This document shows positions 12,901 to 24,522 of a stretch of 64,000 nucleotides of DNA, in pieces. The stretch's first letter is position 1, and every line of letters begins with the position of its first letter. A program made the position numbers and the translations under genes. Source of the stretch: Macrostomum lignano (taxonomy: Eukaryota); the NCBI GenBank assembly GCA_002269645.1, contig NIVC01000192.1, positions 9,217 to 73,216 on the forward strand, in the 5' to 3' direction. The notes beneath the pieces are model-generated. The model had not been told where the DNA came from. It did not search any database and worked only from the letters and a program-made list of their open reading frames with translations.

Positions 12901-13879
12901 TTATTGCACTTGATAAACCAAGGATTATTGCACTTGATAAACAAAGGATTATTGCACTTGATAAACCAAGGATTATTGCACTTTATAAGCCAAAGATTAC
13001 TGCACTTGATAAACCAAGGATTATTGCACTTGATAAACCAAGGATTATTGCACTTGATTAATCAAGGATTATTGCTATTAATAAACAAGGATTATTGCAC
13101 TAGCTGAGAAGCTGATTACTGCGCTGTCTAAAAAAGAGATTATTGCGCTCGCTGAGACGTGGATTGTTGCACAACCTGAGAAAGCGATTATTGCATTAGC
13201 GGAAGTAACATTTGCACTAGCTACTTGCTGTCTCGTGGATGCTTGCTCTCGAGGGGGGATACTTGCTATTTGGGAGAGGGGGTACTGGCTACATGCATGG
13301 GATTCTTTCTATCCAGGGATGCTTGCTATTCAGGGATTCTTGCTATCTGCAGGATGCTTGCTATTTAGGGATTCTTGCTATCTGCAGGATGCTTGCTATC
13401 TGGGTGGATGCTTCTATAATATCTGGGGGGTGCTTGCTATCTGCAGGATGCTTCTATAATATCTGGGGGTGCTTGCTATCTGCAGAATGCTTGCTATCTG
13501 GGTGGATGCTTCTATAATATCTGGGGGGTGCTTGCTAATCTGCAGATGCTTGCTATCTGTGGTGATTCTTGCTATGAGCATTAGAGGATGCTTGCTATCT
13601 GCGATTGTTCACTTTTGGAGGGGGTTGCTTGCTGTCTTGGGAATATTTTCTATTTAGGGAAACGATATTTTGTTGACTGTTTGTTAATTTTAGAGAAAAA
13701 GTGATTTTTTAATTTTGCAAACATCTTAGTCCGTGACAATTTTACACGAATAAGGTGATTTTTAAAATGTGAAGAAGGAATTAGTGTTTAAGAAAATGTG
13801 TTTTTTTATTGTTTTCCATGAACTATTTTTGCTCCTTTCTTATTGGGCGCCCCGAAGGGGGGCCGCACTAGATTGCTAG
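9941..13879 (+). mobile_element. Complete non-autonomous Helitron-like element, copy D (3939 bp)
   Basis: 5' TC plus CATATACTAAAAATGG and a (GT)n microsatellite, then head, tRNA-like motif, 24-bp satellite, gatgcttgctatct repeats (13225-13660) and tail. Ends with a CCCC-GAA-GGGG hairpin (13850-13860) and CTAG (13876-13879), followed by T. No TSD. Confidence 0.8.
10622..13200. repeat. 24-bp satellite, dimeric at the start then mostly the monomer ccaaggattattgcacttgataaa
   Basis: About 105 units. Source of the spurious 728-aa ORF. Confidence 0.95.
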
Positions 13880-14280
13880 TCAAGTGCTAAAAGTCCAAAT
13901 ATACTAAATGTCTAAGATCTGTCTGTCTGTCTGTCTGTCCATCTGTAACACTAGAGATTGCAATTCTAGACCAATTTCGATCACATTTTCACCAAATCAA
14001 GTGCTAAATGTACTGCTATTTTACTTTGAACAAGATTTCCAATGTATGCAAAAGTAACTATTTAACTATCAGTAATATGTTCAAAAAATAAAAGTAAAAT
14101 TATAGCAAATTTGCTCTTTTGTCTGTCTATTTTTTCATTTTGTTTAGTAGGCCTATACTATTTTAGGTCTAGGACAAAAAAGATAAGTATAAATTACTAG
14201 TCAAATTAAATAGCATTTATTAAATAATTAATGTTCCAAAATTTAATATTAGAATTGGGCCTTGAAAATTTCAGTTTTGA
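13880..14280 (+). mobile_element. 5' part of a further Helitron-like element (different subfamily)
   Basis: Begins TC directly after CTAG, with aatatactaaa and a (CTGT)n microsatellite typical of non-autonomous Helitron heads. The right boundary is uncertain. Confidence 0.5.
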
Positions 14281-14936
14281 TTTCAAATCTTTATGGCATC
14301 TATATTTTCCTTAAATGGAAATATAGATGCCATATAAGAAGCTGAAGGATTAAGATAATTTGAGATACAATCTACATATAAAATAGAAAAGAGATTAGAG
14401 ATAAAAGAACAAAAAGTAGAAAAAAAGGCTAAGGAGAGAGTGAGACAATAAAGGAAATAAGAAGAGTAGCAAATCCTCAGACTTAAGAAACACAAAGAAC
14501 CAAAATGTTAAATCAATATGCAGGGATAACTATAGATTGACTAATATTCTTTATGAATTAAATTCTTTTTTTCTTGTTTGTAAGGTTTTTTTACAATGTG
14601 CCATTTAGATTTATGATTCCTTTAGACTAAACAATGTGTTTTGCATATTACCATGCAATAATTCCTTTGGGTTTCCAGTTCCCACCTGTTTCTTTATTAG
14701 GCCTAGTCTTAGTCTACATATGCATCCGAGGTATACACATCCCATTTCTATTATCTTGATCTAGAATCCTATTAGTTGAGACTTTGTATCTCACCCACTG
14801 TCTAAAAAGCTACAATTTTAACAAATCTTAGATTTTAAAACCTTTAACCTATAGATTTAGTATATACACATATTGAGATTTACTAAACTGGATATTAGTA
14901 CATATTTAAAAATTCAGTATATAGCAATGTTAAAGC

Positions 14937-14995
14937 AATCTAGTGCAGCCCCCCTTCAGGGTGCCCAATAAGCAAGGACGCCCAATAAGCTTTTT
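14937..14995 (-). mobile_element. Helitron-like 3' terminus, inverted
   Basis: Reverse complement cttattgggcaccctgaaggggggctgcactagattgc matches the 3' end of copy D (13839-13876). Confidence 0.6.
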
Positions 14996-15409
14996 TGTCT
15001 CTGCTTCTTATCTTTTGATTGCATTGTTACCATTAGAAATATATTTAAAAAATTGACTTAAATTTTAATGTCAACTTACAAATCAGTTTGATCTATCTTT
15101 TGTATTAAATTAAAAAATGTTATTTAAATTTATATTTTATTTGCATTTTGATTACTTAAAGAATTACTCATACTTTTCTAGAATTTGTTAAAGTAAAAAA
15201 TGAACCTTGAGCATGAGACTCCTACTTTTTAAACCTATTTAGGAACTCAAAATCTTCTAGAAATGGCTCTATGAATGATAGGTGCTTCAAGTTAAATGCC
15301 ACAAAGACTGAAGCAAACACCATTTTGCACTCAAGGACTGAAGAGCTGCTTGAATTGCAATGTTGGACTCAGAAGCAACATGAATGGTCATATTCATCAG
15401 ATTAATAAA

Positions 15410-15732
15410 CATACATGCCCAAACTCAAAATTTTACCTGTCCAGTGAAACTTAGTTCCTCCCAATTGCAACTTAGTTCCTCTTGATTGCGACTTAGTTCC
15501 CCTGATTGCGACTTAATCTTCACTTTGTATATGACTTTTCTTGCCTTTTTCTCTTTTCTTCTCTTTCTCTCTCCTCTTTCCCCTCTCTCTTCTCCCTCCT
15601 TTCTTTTCCCTTTCCTCTCCTTTCTTTCCCCAATTTTTCCTTTTTTGTGTTTTTGATTTTGCAACTTACCTTGGCCGGCAGCCATTTCACCTGTCCAGTT
15701 CGGACTTGTCGGACAGGTGTTGGGCATGTATG
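15410..15732 (-). mobile_element. hAT-type MITE (323 bp)
   Basis: 13-bp TIRs CATACATGCCCAA / TTGGGCATGTATG and an exact 8-bp TSD TTAATAAA (15402-15409 and 15733-15740). Contains a few ggaactaag units and a CT-rich tract. Confidence 0.9.
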
Positions 15733-16654
15733 TTAATAAAGACTAGTTGGTGCTTGTCAAATGGCCTAGCTGAAGGTACCTTTAGCAAAACTAGTAAGTA
15801 AATTTAGGCCAACAAAATTGCTAAGGTTTAATGTTGACCTTTTGGCCTTTTTGAGTCCTTAGCTAAGTCCATTAGCTTCATTCTAAAATCTGCTTGATCA
15901 ATCTCATTTAGTGGGTTGCAGTTGCTCTTCTTAGGCTTCACATACAATGAGCTCATCATATAAGTCTCAATGAAAAGCAGCTTAGAAGTTTGTAGCAAGG
16001 GGAACTTTAACAACCTCTATCAAGGTGGCCTCCTATAGAATCCTGCTTTGGTTGAATCACAAGTACACTAGTGAATTTCACTTCAAATGGTTAAATCAGT
16101 CTCATTTCTTGAACAAATGAAGAAACATTTTTCTCCTTTGAACTTTTCTGGTAGACCTGGTTGAAGTAAATAAAAAAGTCAACAATACCCATAGCATGCA
16201 TTAATTTATGTGAGGGTCTATTTAAAATAGCAATTCTTTTGTTACAATCATGAAACTGTTTTGGCGCAATTACTGCTCTATTGAAGCAGTTCTTTTATAA
16301 CATTAGAAGGTCAGCCTGAGTTTGTAGCAATTGCTAATGCCCCTAATGCCAGTTGATACTAATTTCTTGTTCAGGGTATGTAGGTAGCTTGAGTGCGCCA
16401 GATATTATCTCTCTGACTGTGCCTCTAGTACTGTCATGTCACACCACACTGGCTGCTATCAGTACCCGCTATGTCTGTGGTTGGCCTTTCAGGTTGGGGT
16501 TGGCTGGGGGCGTGGCAAGGTGCTCTCTTTTATAAAAATACACGCAATAGCAACTATTACTTGCAGAGAGCGAGTTCTTCTTCAACTGTTGAACACAAAA
16601 TAGTAAAAGAAGAAAACAAAAAACCAGCAAAGGAACTTTTTGATTCTCTAAAGA

Positions 16655-19600
16655 ATGCTTTCACGCCGGCTTTTCAATTCCTCCTCCGCCATCGCGATGC
16701 GGCGCGGCAGCTGGCATCGATCGACGGCGGCTCTGTCCTCTGCAGCCGCCGCCGACGGTCAGGCTGAGCCGCCGTTCTTTGAGATGGTCGAGAAATTCTT
16801 CGACAAAGCGGCAGGCCTACTCGAGCCGAAACTAATTGACGAGATGCCGTCGAAAATACCAATTGAAGAGCGCAGCAAACGCGTTCGAGGCATTCTGAGC
16901 ACAGTGAAGCCTTGCAATCACGTGCTCGAGGTGACGTTCCCGGTTAGGCGCGACGACGGCCGATTTGAAATCATTCGCGGCTGGAGGGCGCAGCACTCGC
17001 TGCACAGGATTCCGTGCAAAGGCGGCATCCGCTGCGCCACGGATGTTAATAAGAACGAGGTTCGTGTCTAGTAATCCCGGTATGAATTGGGATCCTGATC
17101 CCGGAATCCCAGGATATCCGCAAAAATGGAGCTCCTGTTCCCGAAGTCCCGGGATATCCGCAAAAGTTAGGATCCTGATCCGGAAATCCTGGGATATCCG
17201 CAAAAACTGGGATCCTGATCCCGAAATCCTGGGATATCCGCAAAAACTGGGATCCTGATCCCGAAATCCTGGGATATCCGCAAAAACTGGGATCCTGATC
17301 CTGAAATCCCAGGATATCCGCAAAAATGGGCTCCTGTTCCCGAAGTCCCGGGATATCCGCAAAAATTGGGATCCTGATCCCGGAATCCCAGGATATCCGC
17401 AAAAATGGAGCTCCTGTTCCCGAAGTCCCGGGATATCCGCAAAAGTTAGGATCCTGATCCCGGAATCCCAGGATATCCGCAAAAATGGAGCTCCTGTTCC
17501 CGAAGTCCCAGGATATCCGCAAAAGTTAGGATCCTGATCCGGAAATCCTGGGATATCCGCAAAAACTGGGATCCTGATCCCGAAATCCAGGGATATCCGC
17601 AAAAATTGGGATCCTTAACCCGGAATCCCAAGATATCTGCAAAAATTGGAATCCTCATCCCGGAAACCCAAGATGTTCGCAAAAATTGGGATTCTGATCC
17701 TGAAATCCCAGGATATCCTCGAAAATTGGGATCCTGATCCCGGAATCCCAGGATATCCGAAAAAATTGGTTTTTGATCCGGAAATCCCAGAATTCCGCGA
17801 AAGTTGGGATTCTGATCCCGAACCCCCGCGATCCCTACTCCATTCCTGGTTGATGATGACCAAGACCTTACTAAAGACGCATTTTACACACACGTCAATC
17901 CAGGTGATGGCCCTGGCCGCTCTAATGACCTACAAGTGCGCCGTAGTTGACGTCCCATTTGGCGGCGCCAAGGCCGGCTTAGCCATCAACCCCAAGGACT
18001 ATTCGGAGAACGAATTAGAAAAAATCACCAGACGATTCACGGTCGAATTGGCTAAGAAAGGATTTATTGGGCCCGGCGTTGACGTGCCCGCGCCCGATAT
18101 GGGCACTGGAGAGCGGGAGATGAGCTGGATTGCCGACACTTACTCTAATACACACGGTGAGGCTGCTCAGGCTGGCTAATTTTTCGCTGATGGAATTCTA
18201 CTGTCCGTCTGTCTTCACTGTCTGCTTAGATTTTTTTCTGCTGTCTACTCGCGCTGTCGTACCCTCTTCGTGGTCTGCTGTACCCAGTCCGCTGTCTACT
18301 CTTCCCAGTCCGCTATCTACTCTTCCCAGTCCGCTGCATGTCTACTCTTCCCAGTCTGCTGTCTACTCTTCCCAGTCCGCTGTCTACTCTTCCCAGTCCG
18401 CTGTCAACTCTTCCCAGTCCGCTGTCTACTCTTCCCAGTCCGCTGTCTACTCTTCCCAGTCCACTGTCTACTCTTCCCAGTCCACTGTCTACTCTTCCCA
18501 GTCCACTGTCTATTCTTCCCATTCCACTGTCTACTCTTCCCAGTCCACTGTCTACTCTTCCCAGTCCACTGTCTACTTTTCCCATTCCACTGTCTACTCT
18601 TCCCAGTCCACTGTCTACTCTTGCCAGTCCGCTGTCTACTCTTCCCAGTCCACTGTCTACCCTTCCCAGGTCACTGTCTACTCTTCCCAGTCCACTGTCT
18701 AATCTTCCCAATCCGCTGTCTACCCTTCCCAGTTCACTGTCTACCCTTCCACAGTCTGTTTTCTACCCAGTCTATTGTCTACCCAAACGCTCACTTGTAT
18801 TAGGCTTCAAGGATCTGGACTCGTACGCCTGCGTCACTGGCAAGCCAATCTCTATGGGCGGCATTCACGGCCGGATTTCCGCCACCGGACGGGTGAGTAA
18901 GGGAGAACAATTTTATTTAACGGAGTAAACATTCAAATTTGACTACTTAAAGTAGAAATGGGACATTTCAAGCAGTATTTTATGTATTTCTATATTATGT
19001 ATAAAAAATCAGAAATTTCTACCTTCATAGTTTAAGTTATCGAACATACACAAAGATAAACGCCACATCAGTTTTAGTATATGTAGATTTATAACTATGA
19101 AAAAGTTTCCAGTATTCGAGCATCGCCGGATTCTTTATAAGCTATGAGCTAGCGGAAGTGACCAGGCCTAAAACACTTATAAAAGGTGAAATTTGAAGCT
19201 TGTAAGGCTATGAAAAATGTACATACTCAATTGCACAGGGCGTGTTCCACGGCATTGAGAACTTCATCAACGAGGCCAGCTACATGAGCCAGGTGGGCCT
19301 CACGCCCGGCTTTGGCGATAAGACCTTTATTATACAGGGCTTCGGCAATGTTGGCCTGCACTCCATGCGCTACCTGCACAGGGCCGGAGCCAAGTGCGTG
19401 GGCGTCATCGAGTTTGACGGAGCCATTTACAATCCTGACGGCATTGATCCCAAGGATTTAGAGAATTATAAAATTGTAAGTTGGGCAGCAGCGGCATTGT
19501 AAGTCGCGTATTATTGAACTAATGAGTCGGGTATTACTAAACTAAAGAGTCGGGGTATTACTAATGAGTCGGGGTATTACTAATGAGTCGGGGTATTACT

Positions 19601-20951
19601 AATGAGTCGGGGTATTACTAATGAGTCGGGGTATTACTAATGAGTCGGGTATTACTAATGAGTCGGGTATTACTAATGAGCCGGGAGTGTTACTAATGAG
19701 TCGGGGTATTACTAATGAGTCGGGGTATTACTAATGAGTCGGGTATTACTAATGAGTCGGGGTATTACTAATGAGTCGGGGTATTACTAATGAGTCGGGT
19801 ATTACTAATGAGTCGGGGTATTACTAATGAGCCAGGGGTATTACTAATGAGCCAGGGGTATTACTAATGAGTCGGGGTATTACTAATGAGTCGGGTATTA
19901 CTAATGAGCCGGGGGTATTACTAATGAGTCGGGTTATTACTAATGAGTCGGGGTATTACTAATGAGTCGGGTATTACTAATGAGTCGGGGTATTACTAAT
20001 GATTCTGGGTATTACTAATGAGTCGGGGGTATTACTAATGAGCCAGGGGTATTACCAATGAGTCGGGGTATTACTAATGAGTCGGGTATTACTAATGAGC
20101 CGGGGGTATTACTAATGAGTCGGGTTATTACTAATGAGTCGGGGTATTACTAATGAGTCGGGTATTACTAATGAGTCGGGTATTACTAATGAGTCGGGGT
20201 ATTACTAATGATTCTGGGTATTACTAATGAGGGGGGTATTACTAATGATTCGGGTACTACTAATGAGCCAGGGGTATTACTAATGAGCCAGGGGTATTAC
20301 TAATGAGCCGGGGGTATTACTTTACAGGAGCAGGGCAGCATCGTGGGCTTCCCCGGAGCCAAGGCCTACGAGCCCAAGGACGAGCTGATGTTCGAGAAAT
20401 GCGACATCCTGGTGCCGGCCGCGTCAGAAAAGGCCATCAATGCTGGCAACGCGGATCGAATCCAGGCCCGCATCATAGCCGAAGGCGCCAACGGTCCGAC
20501 CACAGGCGGAGCCGAGCAGATCCTGCGCGACAAGAATGTGCTGGTGATTCCGGATCTGTACCTGAACGCTGGCGGCGTCACCGTGTCCTATTTTGAATGG
20601 CTGAAGAATCTCAACCACGTGAGCTATGGCCGACTCACGTTCAAGTACGAGCGCGACTCCAACTACCAGCTGCTGGAGAGCGTGCAGCAGTCTCTAGAGC
20701 GCAAGTTCGGCCGTCACGGCGGCAAGATTCCCGTGACTCCCACTAGCGAATACGAGGCTAGAATGGCTGGCGCTAACGAGGTGGACATTGTCCACTCTGG
20801 CCTGGCCTACACAATGGCCAGATCGGCTAATAACATGATGCGAATTGGCATGAAATACAACCTGGGCCTGGACCTGCGCACTGCAGCCTTCATCGGAGCT
20901 ATTGAGAAGATCTATCAGGTTTACCGCACGTCTGGCATGCTGTTTATCTAA
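16655..20951 (+). CDS. GLUD1: Mitochondrial glutamate dehydrogenase (animal type with antenna), 535 aa
   Basis: Exons 16655-17059, 17904-18156, 18804-18892, 19239-19475 and 20328-20951 join via GT-AG in frame (1608 nt). Motifs [76 protein letters not shown] and antenna [11 protein letters not shown]. Arg/Ser-rich N-terminal targeting peptide. Confidence 0.97.
17085..17830. repeat. 40-bp minisatellite in GDH intron 1 (gggatcctgatcccggaatcccaggatatccgcaaaaatt)
   Basis: About 18 units with two or three subtypes, rich in GGATCC, GGATATCC and CCGG palindromes. Confidence 0.92.
18235..18790. repeat. 21-bp minisatellite in GDH intron 2 (ctactcttcccagtccgctgt)
   Basis: About 25 units with 7-aa periodicity in the spurious ORFs. 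Confidence 0.92.
19510..20322. repeat. 18-20-bp minisatellite in GDH intron 4 (tattactaatgagtcgggg)
   Basis: About 42 units running to within a few nt of the acceptor AG at 20326-20327. Confidence 0.93.
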
Positions 20952-21062
20952 TCGGATGTACTTTTATTGTCTATGTATGGTGTAGAATTATTGGTGTCTG
21001 AGGTATTCAGGCCAAATTGCTATGATAATTACTATTCCATATTTTAGTTTAAGATTCCTCTT

Positions 21063-21214
21063 ATCTCTGTATGAGATTTATCCCATCTCGCTCTGAGATT
21101 CACCCCCCCCCATCTCACAGTGAGATATTCTTCCCATCTCACTATGAGATGCATCCCATCTCATTGTGAGAGTCATCCAATCTCACTATGAGATTCATGC
21201 CATCTAACTGAGAT
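21063..21214 (+). repeat. Six spaced ATCTC-N5-GAGA(T/G) inverted repeats downstream of the GDH stop
   Basis: Copies start at 21063, 21085, 21112, 21136, 21158 and 21180. Confidence 0.75.
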
Positions 21215-22043
21215 TATGTGAGTCCTCCTATCTTTTGATATGCAATAGCAATCGTAGTGTGAGATTGTAATTTTTAAAAATATGTATCATCCAAGATCTT
21301 TTTTCATTTATCTCATCTGTCCAAGATTATCCCATTCGCTGTCGATGTAATTTATATTCTAAAAATTGGATTAACTTTACTGCTGGCTCTCTTAATATTA
21401 TAACTGGTGTACACGATAGACTACTGCAGTAGTATATAGCAAAGAGATAGTCTATTAAAACTATTGGAAATCTGCTGCAACAAACTAGTAAAGTCCTCAG
21501 TCTACTGTCTATTATTGCCCATATTTTCTTCAGACAATAAATCTCTTAGGTTGTACTTTTAAATGCATATTTGCTAATTCCTTTATTGCTTAGTTGAGCA
21601 GTATGCTCAGTCTAAATATAAATTAATTTTAGTTAATTTTTATTCTGTAGTCATTATTTTGCTAATTGGTTTGCATTTTTTGTTATTTGTTTAGTTCGAA
21701 CGAAGTTCTTAGAGATTACTGTGTTTTACTATTATTATTAGTTTATAATGAACATTCTAATCATTATTTCTCCTACATCTGCTGCTTTTGTCATGCCCCG
21801 ATGCAGTCATCTTTAAAAAATACAATTTTCTCTTTTTAATTGGCTTTAAACGGTAGCATAAAGCTTCTTAGTACTAATAGTAGTGTAAATTTATTTTGGA
21901 TTTGTTTAGTTTCAAGGTCAAATAAACGGAGACTTATTTTATGTTAGGTCTGTTCTTCTATGAGTTTCCATTTATTAACGCCATTAAATAGATTTGACGT
22001 GTTAGAAATGTTAGAAATCAAAGAGCATCATGTCCCATTAGTT

Positions 22044-23969
22044 CAGGGCTCGGCAAAATCTGGCCCACGAAGCCTCTCTCCGGCCCTCCGGTTCTTTGAT
22101 GCTTCACTATAGAAATCCGGTCCGCTCAAGGCTTGTGTCTTTTCTCAGCTCTCTTTTTTCTCCTCTCCTCATCTCCCCTCCTCTCTCCTCTGGCTCCCCT
22201 CTTCCCTCTCCTCTCCCATCTCCCCTCTCCTGTCTCCCTCTCCTCTCCCCTCTCTTGTCCCCCTCATTTCCCCTCTCCTCTGGCTCCCCTCATCTCCCCT
22301 CTCCTCTGGCTCCCCTCATCTCCCCTCTCCTCTGGCTCCCTTCATCTCCCCTTTCCTCTGGCTCCCTTCATCTCCCCTCTCCTCTGGCTCCCTTCATCTC
22401 CCCTTTCCTCTGGCTCCCCTCATCTCCCCTCTCCTCTGGCTCCCTTCATCTCCCCTCTCCTCTGGCTCCCCTCATCTCCCCTCTCCTCTGGCTCCCTTCA
22501 TCTCCCCTCTCCTCTGGCTCCCCTCCTCTCCCCTCTCCTCTGGCTCCCCTCATCTCCCCTCTTCTCTGGCTCCCCTCCTCTCCCCTCTCCTCTGTTTCTC
22601 TTCTCCCATCTCCCCTCTCCTGTCTCCCCTCCTCTCCCCTCTCTTGTCCCCCTCATCTCCCCTCTCCTCTTTCTCTTCTCTCCCATCTCTTGTCCCCCTC
22701 ATCTCCCCTCTCCTCTTTCTCTCCTCTCCCATCTCTTGTCCCCCTCCTCTCCCCTCTCCTCTGGCTTTCCTCCTCTCCCCTCTGCTCTGGCTCCCCTCAT
22801 CTCCCCTCTCCTCTGGCTCCCCTCCTCTCCCCTCTCCTCTGGCTCCCCTCATCTCCCCTCTCCTCTGGCTCCCCTCCTCTCCCCTCTCCTCTGTTTCTCT
22901 TCTCCCATCTCCCCTCTCCTGTCTCCCCTCCTCTCCCCTCTCTTGTCCCCCTCATCTCCCCTCTCCTCTTTCTCTTCTCTCCCATCTCTTGTCCCCCTCA
23001 TCTCCCCTCTCCTCTGGCTCCCCTCCTCTCCCCTCTCCTCTGGCTCCCCTCATCTCCCCTCTCCTCTGGCTCCCCTCCTCTCCCCTCTCCTCTGTTTCTC
23101 TTCTCCCATCTCCCCTCTCCTGTCTCCCCTCCTCTCCCCTCTCTTGTCCCCCTCATCTCCCCTCTCCTCTTTCTCTTCTCTCCCATCTCTTGTCCCCCTC
23201 ATCTCCCCTCTCCTCTTTCTCTCCTCTCCCATCTCTTGTCCCCCTCCTCTCCCCTCTCCTCTGGCTCCCCTCCTCTCCCCTCTCCTCTGGCTCCCCTCAT
23301 CTCCCCTCTCCTCTGGCTCCCCTCCTTTCCCCTCTCCTCTGGCTCCCCTCATCTCCCCTCTCCTCTGGCTCCCCTCCTCTCCCCTCTCCTCTGTTTCTCT
23401 TCTCCCATCTCCCCTCTCCTGTCTCCCCTCCTCTCCCCTCTCTTGTCCCCCTCATCTCCCCTCTCCTCTTTCTCTCCTCTCCCATCTCTTGTCCCCCTCC
23501 TCTCCCCTCTCCTCTGGCTCCCCTCCTCTCCCCTCTCCTGTGGCTCCTCTCATCTCCCCTCTCCTCTGGCTCCCCTCCTCTCCCCTCTCCTCTGGCTCCC
23601 CTCATCTCCCCTCTCCTCTGGCTCCCCTCCTCTCCCCTCTCCTCTGGCTCCCCTCATCTCCCCTCTCCTCTGGCTCCCCTCCTCTCCCCTCTCCTCTGGC
23701 TCCCCTCCTCTCCCCTCTCCTCTGGCTCCCCTCCTCTCCCCTCTCCTCTGGCTCCCCTCATCTACCCTATCCTCTGTTTCTCTTCTCCTATCTCCCCTCT
23801 CGTGTCCCCCTACTCCCCCCTCTCCTCTCTCATCTCACCTCTCTCTTCTCTACCCTCCTCTCCACTGTCCTTTCTCATATGCCCTCTCACCTTTCTTCTC
23901 TCTCTGACCCGCAGTCATGCGCTAGGTTCCATATCTCGTCCTTGAGTTGAAAATGTTTGCTGACCCCTG
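22044..23969 (+). mobile_element. hAT-type MITE inflated by a 1.75-kb CT-rich satellite
   Basis: Ends CAGGGCTCGGCAAA / TTTGCTGACCCCTG, with the subterminal ggcccacgaagcctctct..ggccctc block shared with 39400 and 57222. Interior 22140-23900 is CT-rich (ctcccctctcctctggctcccct) repeats. Flanks match only 5/8. Confidence 0.8.
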
Positions 23970-24522
23970 CCTTAGGAACAAAAATTATATTTCCCACCGC
24001 CTTTATTCATTTCAAAGATAACAATAGATTTATGTAGATTATGTACATTTTTATGTACGTTTAATAGGCCTGCTATTCACTTTTTTGTTGTTTTCTTTAT
24101 AGTCCCCACAATAGCAAGGGTTTAGTCTGCTGTAGGATTTCATCTTTTCATCAAGGTAGACATTTTGGTCTACCTCATGGCTCTGCGTGTGGAAGATCCG
24201 AAGAAGATCCGAAAGACCAAGTACACCCAGCAATATGTTAAAGTCACCGGAGCCGTCACAATTTGAACAAGTTGCTGAGTTCACATATGCATGCAATATT
24301 TACTCAGCAAAATAGTCACCCGCAGTTGATCCAGGATCCCCTTTTCTTCAACTCATCTTCGTTGGTGAACTTTTTCTTGGCCAAAAAGTAGGGTTAGGGA
24401 TAACAAATAAAAGTCAATCTCAAGAGGAGAAATGTTTGGGCTGCAAGCTCGATGCGAGAACAGCTCCCAGCCCCAGCTGTAGAAGCTACAGAACTTACAC
24501 AGAATGCTCAATCAGTCTACAT

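Noticed and set aside
5150-13107. Long ORFs (up to 728 aa, ALDKPRII / LLHLINQG repeats) resembling repeat or LRR proteins
   Set aside because: They are translations of a 24-bp satellite, open in several frames on both strands, with no unique domain.
646-15732. Inverted pair 646-1700 / 15410-15732 as the TIRs of one 15-kb element
   Set aside because: The right copy has its own TIRs and an exact 8-bp TSD, so the two are independent MITE insertions.
15800-16550. Short ORFs upstream of GDH
   Set aside because: Stop-riddled with no recognisable motifs. Left unannotated.
21112-21126. Iron-responsive element (CAGTGA loop) after GDH
   Set aside because: The flanks do not form the 5-bp upper stem with a C bulge around the hexaloop, and the sibling hairpins have other loops.
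22096-23950. 603, 605 and 433-aa Pro/Ser/Leu ORFs
   Set aside because: All three plus frames are open because the CT-only satellite cannot encode stops. It lies inside a MITE.
24051-24400. Minus-strand fragment with a KKFTNEDELK motif reminiscent of mariner transposase C-termini
   Set aside because: A single short motif with no DDD residues or TIRs to support it.
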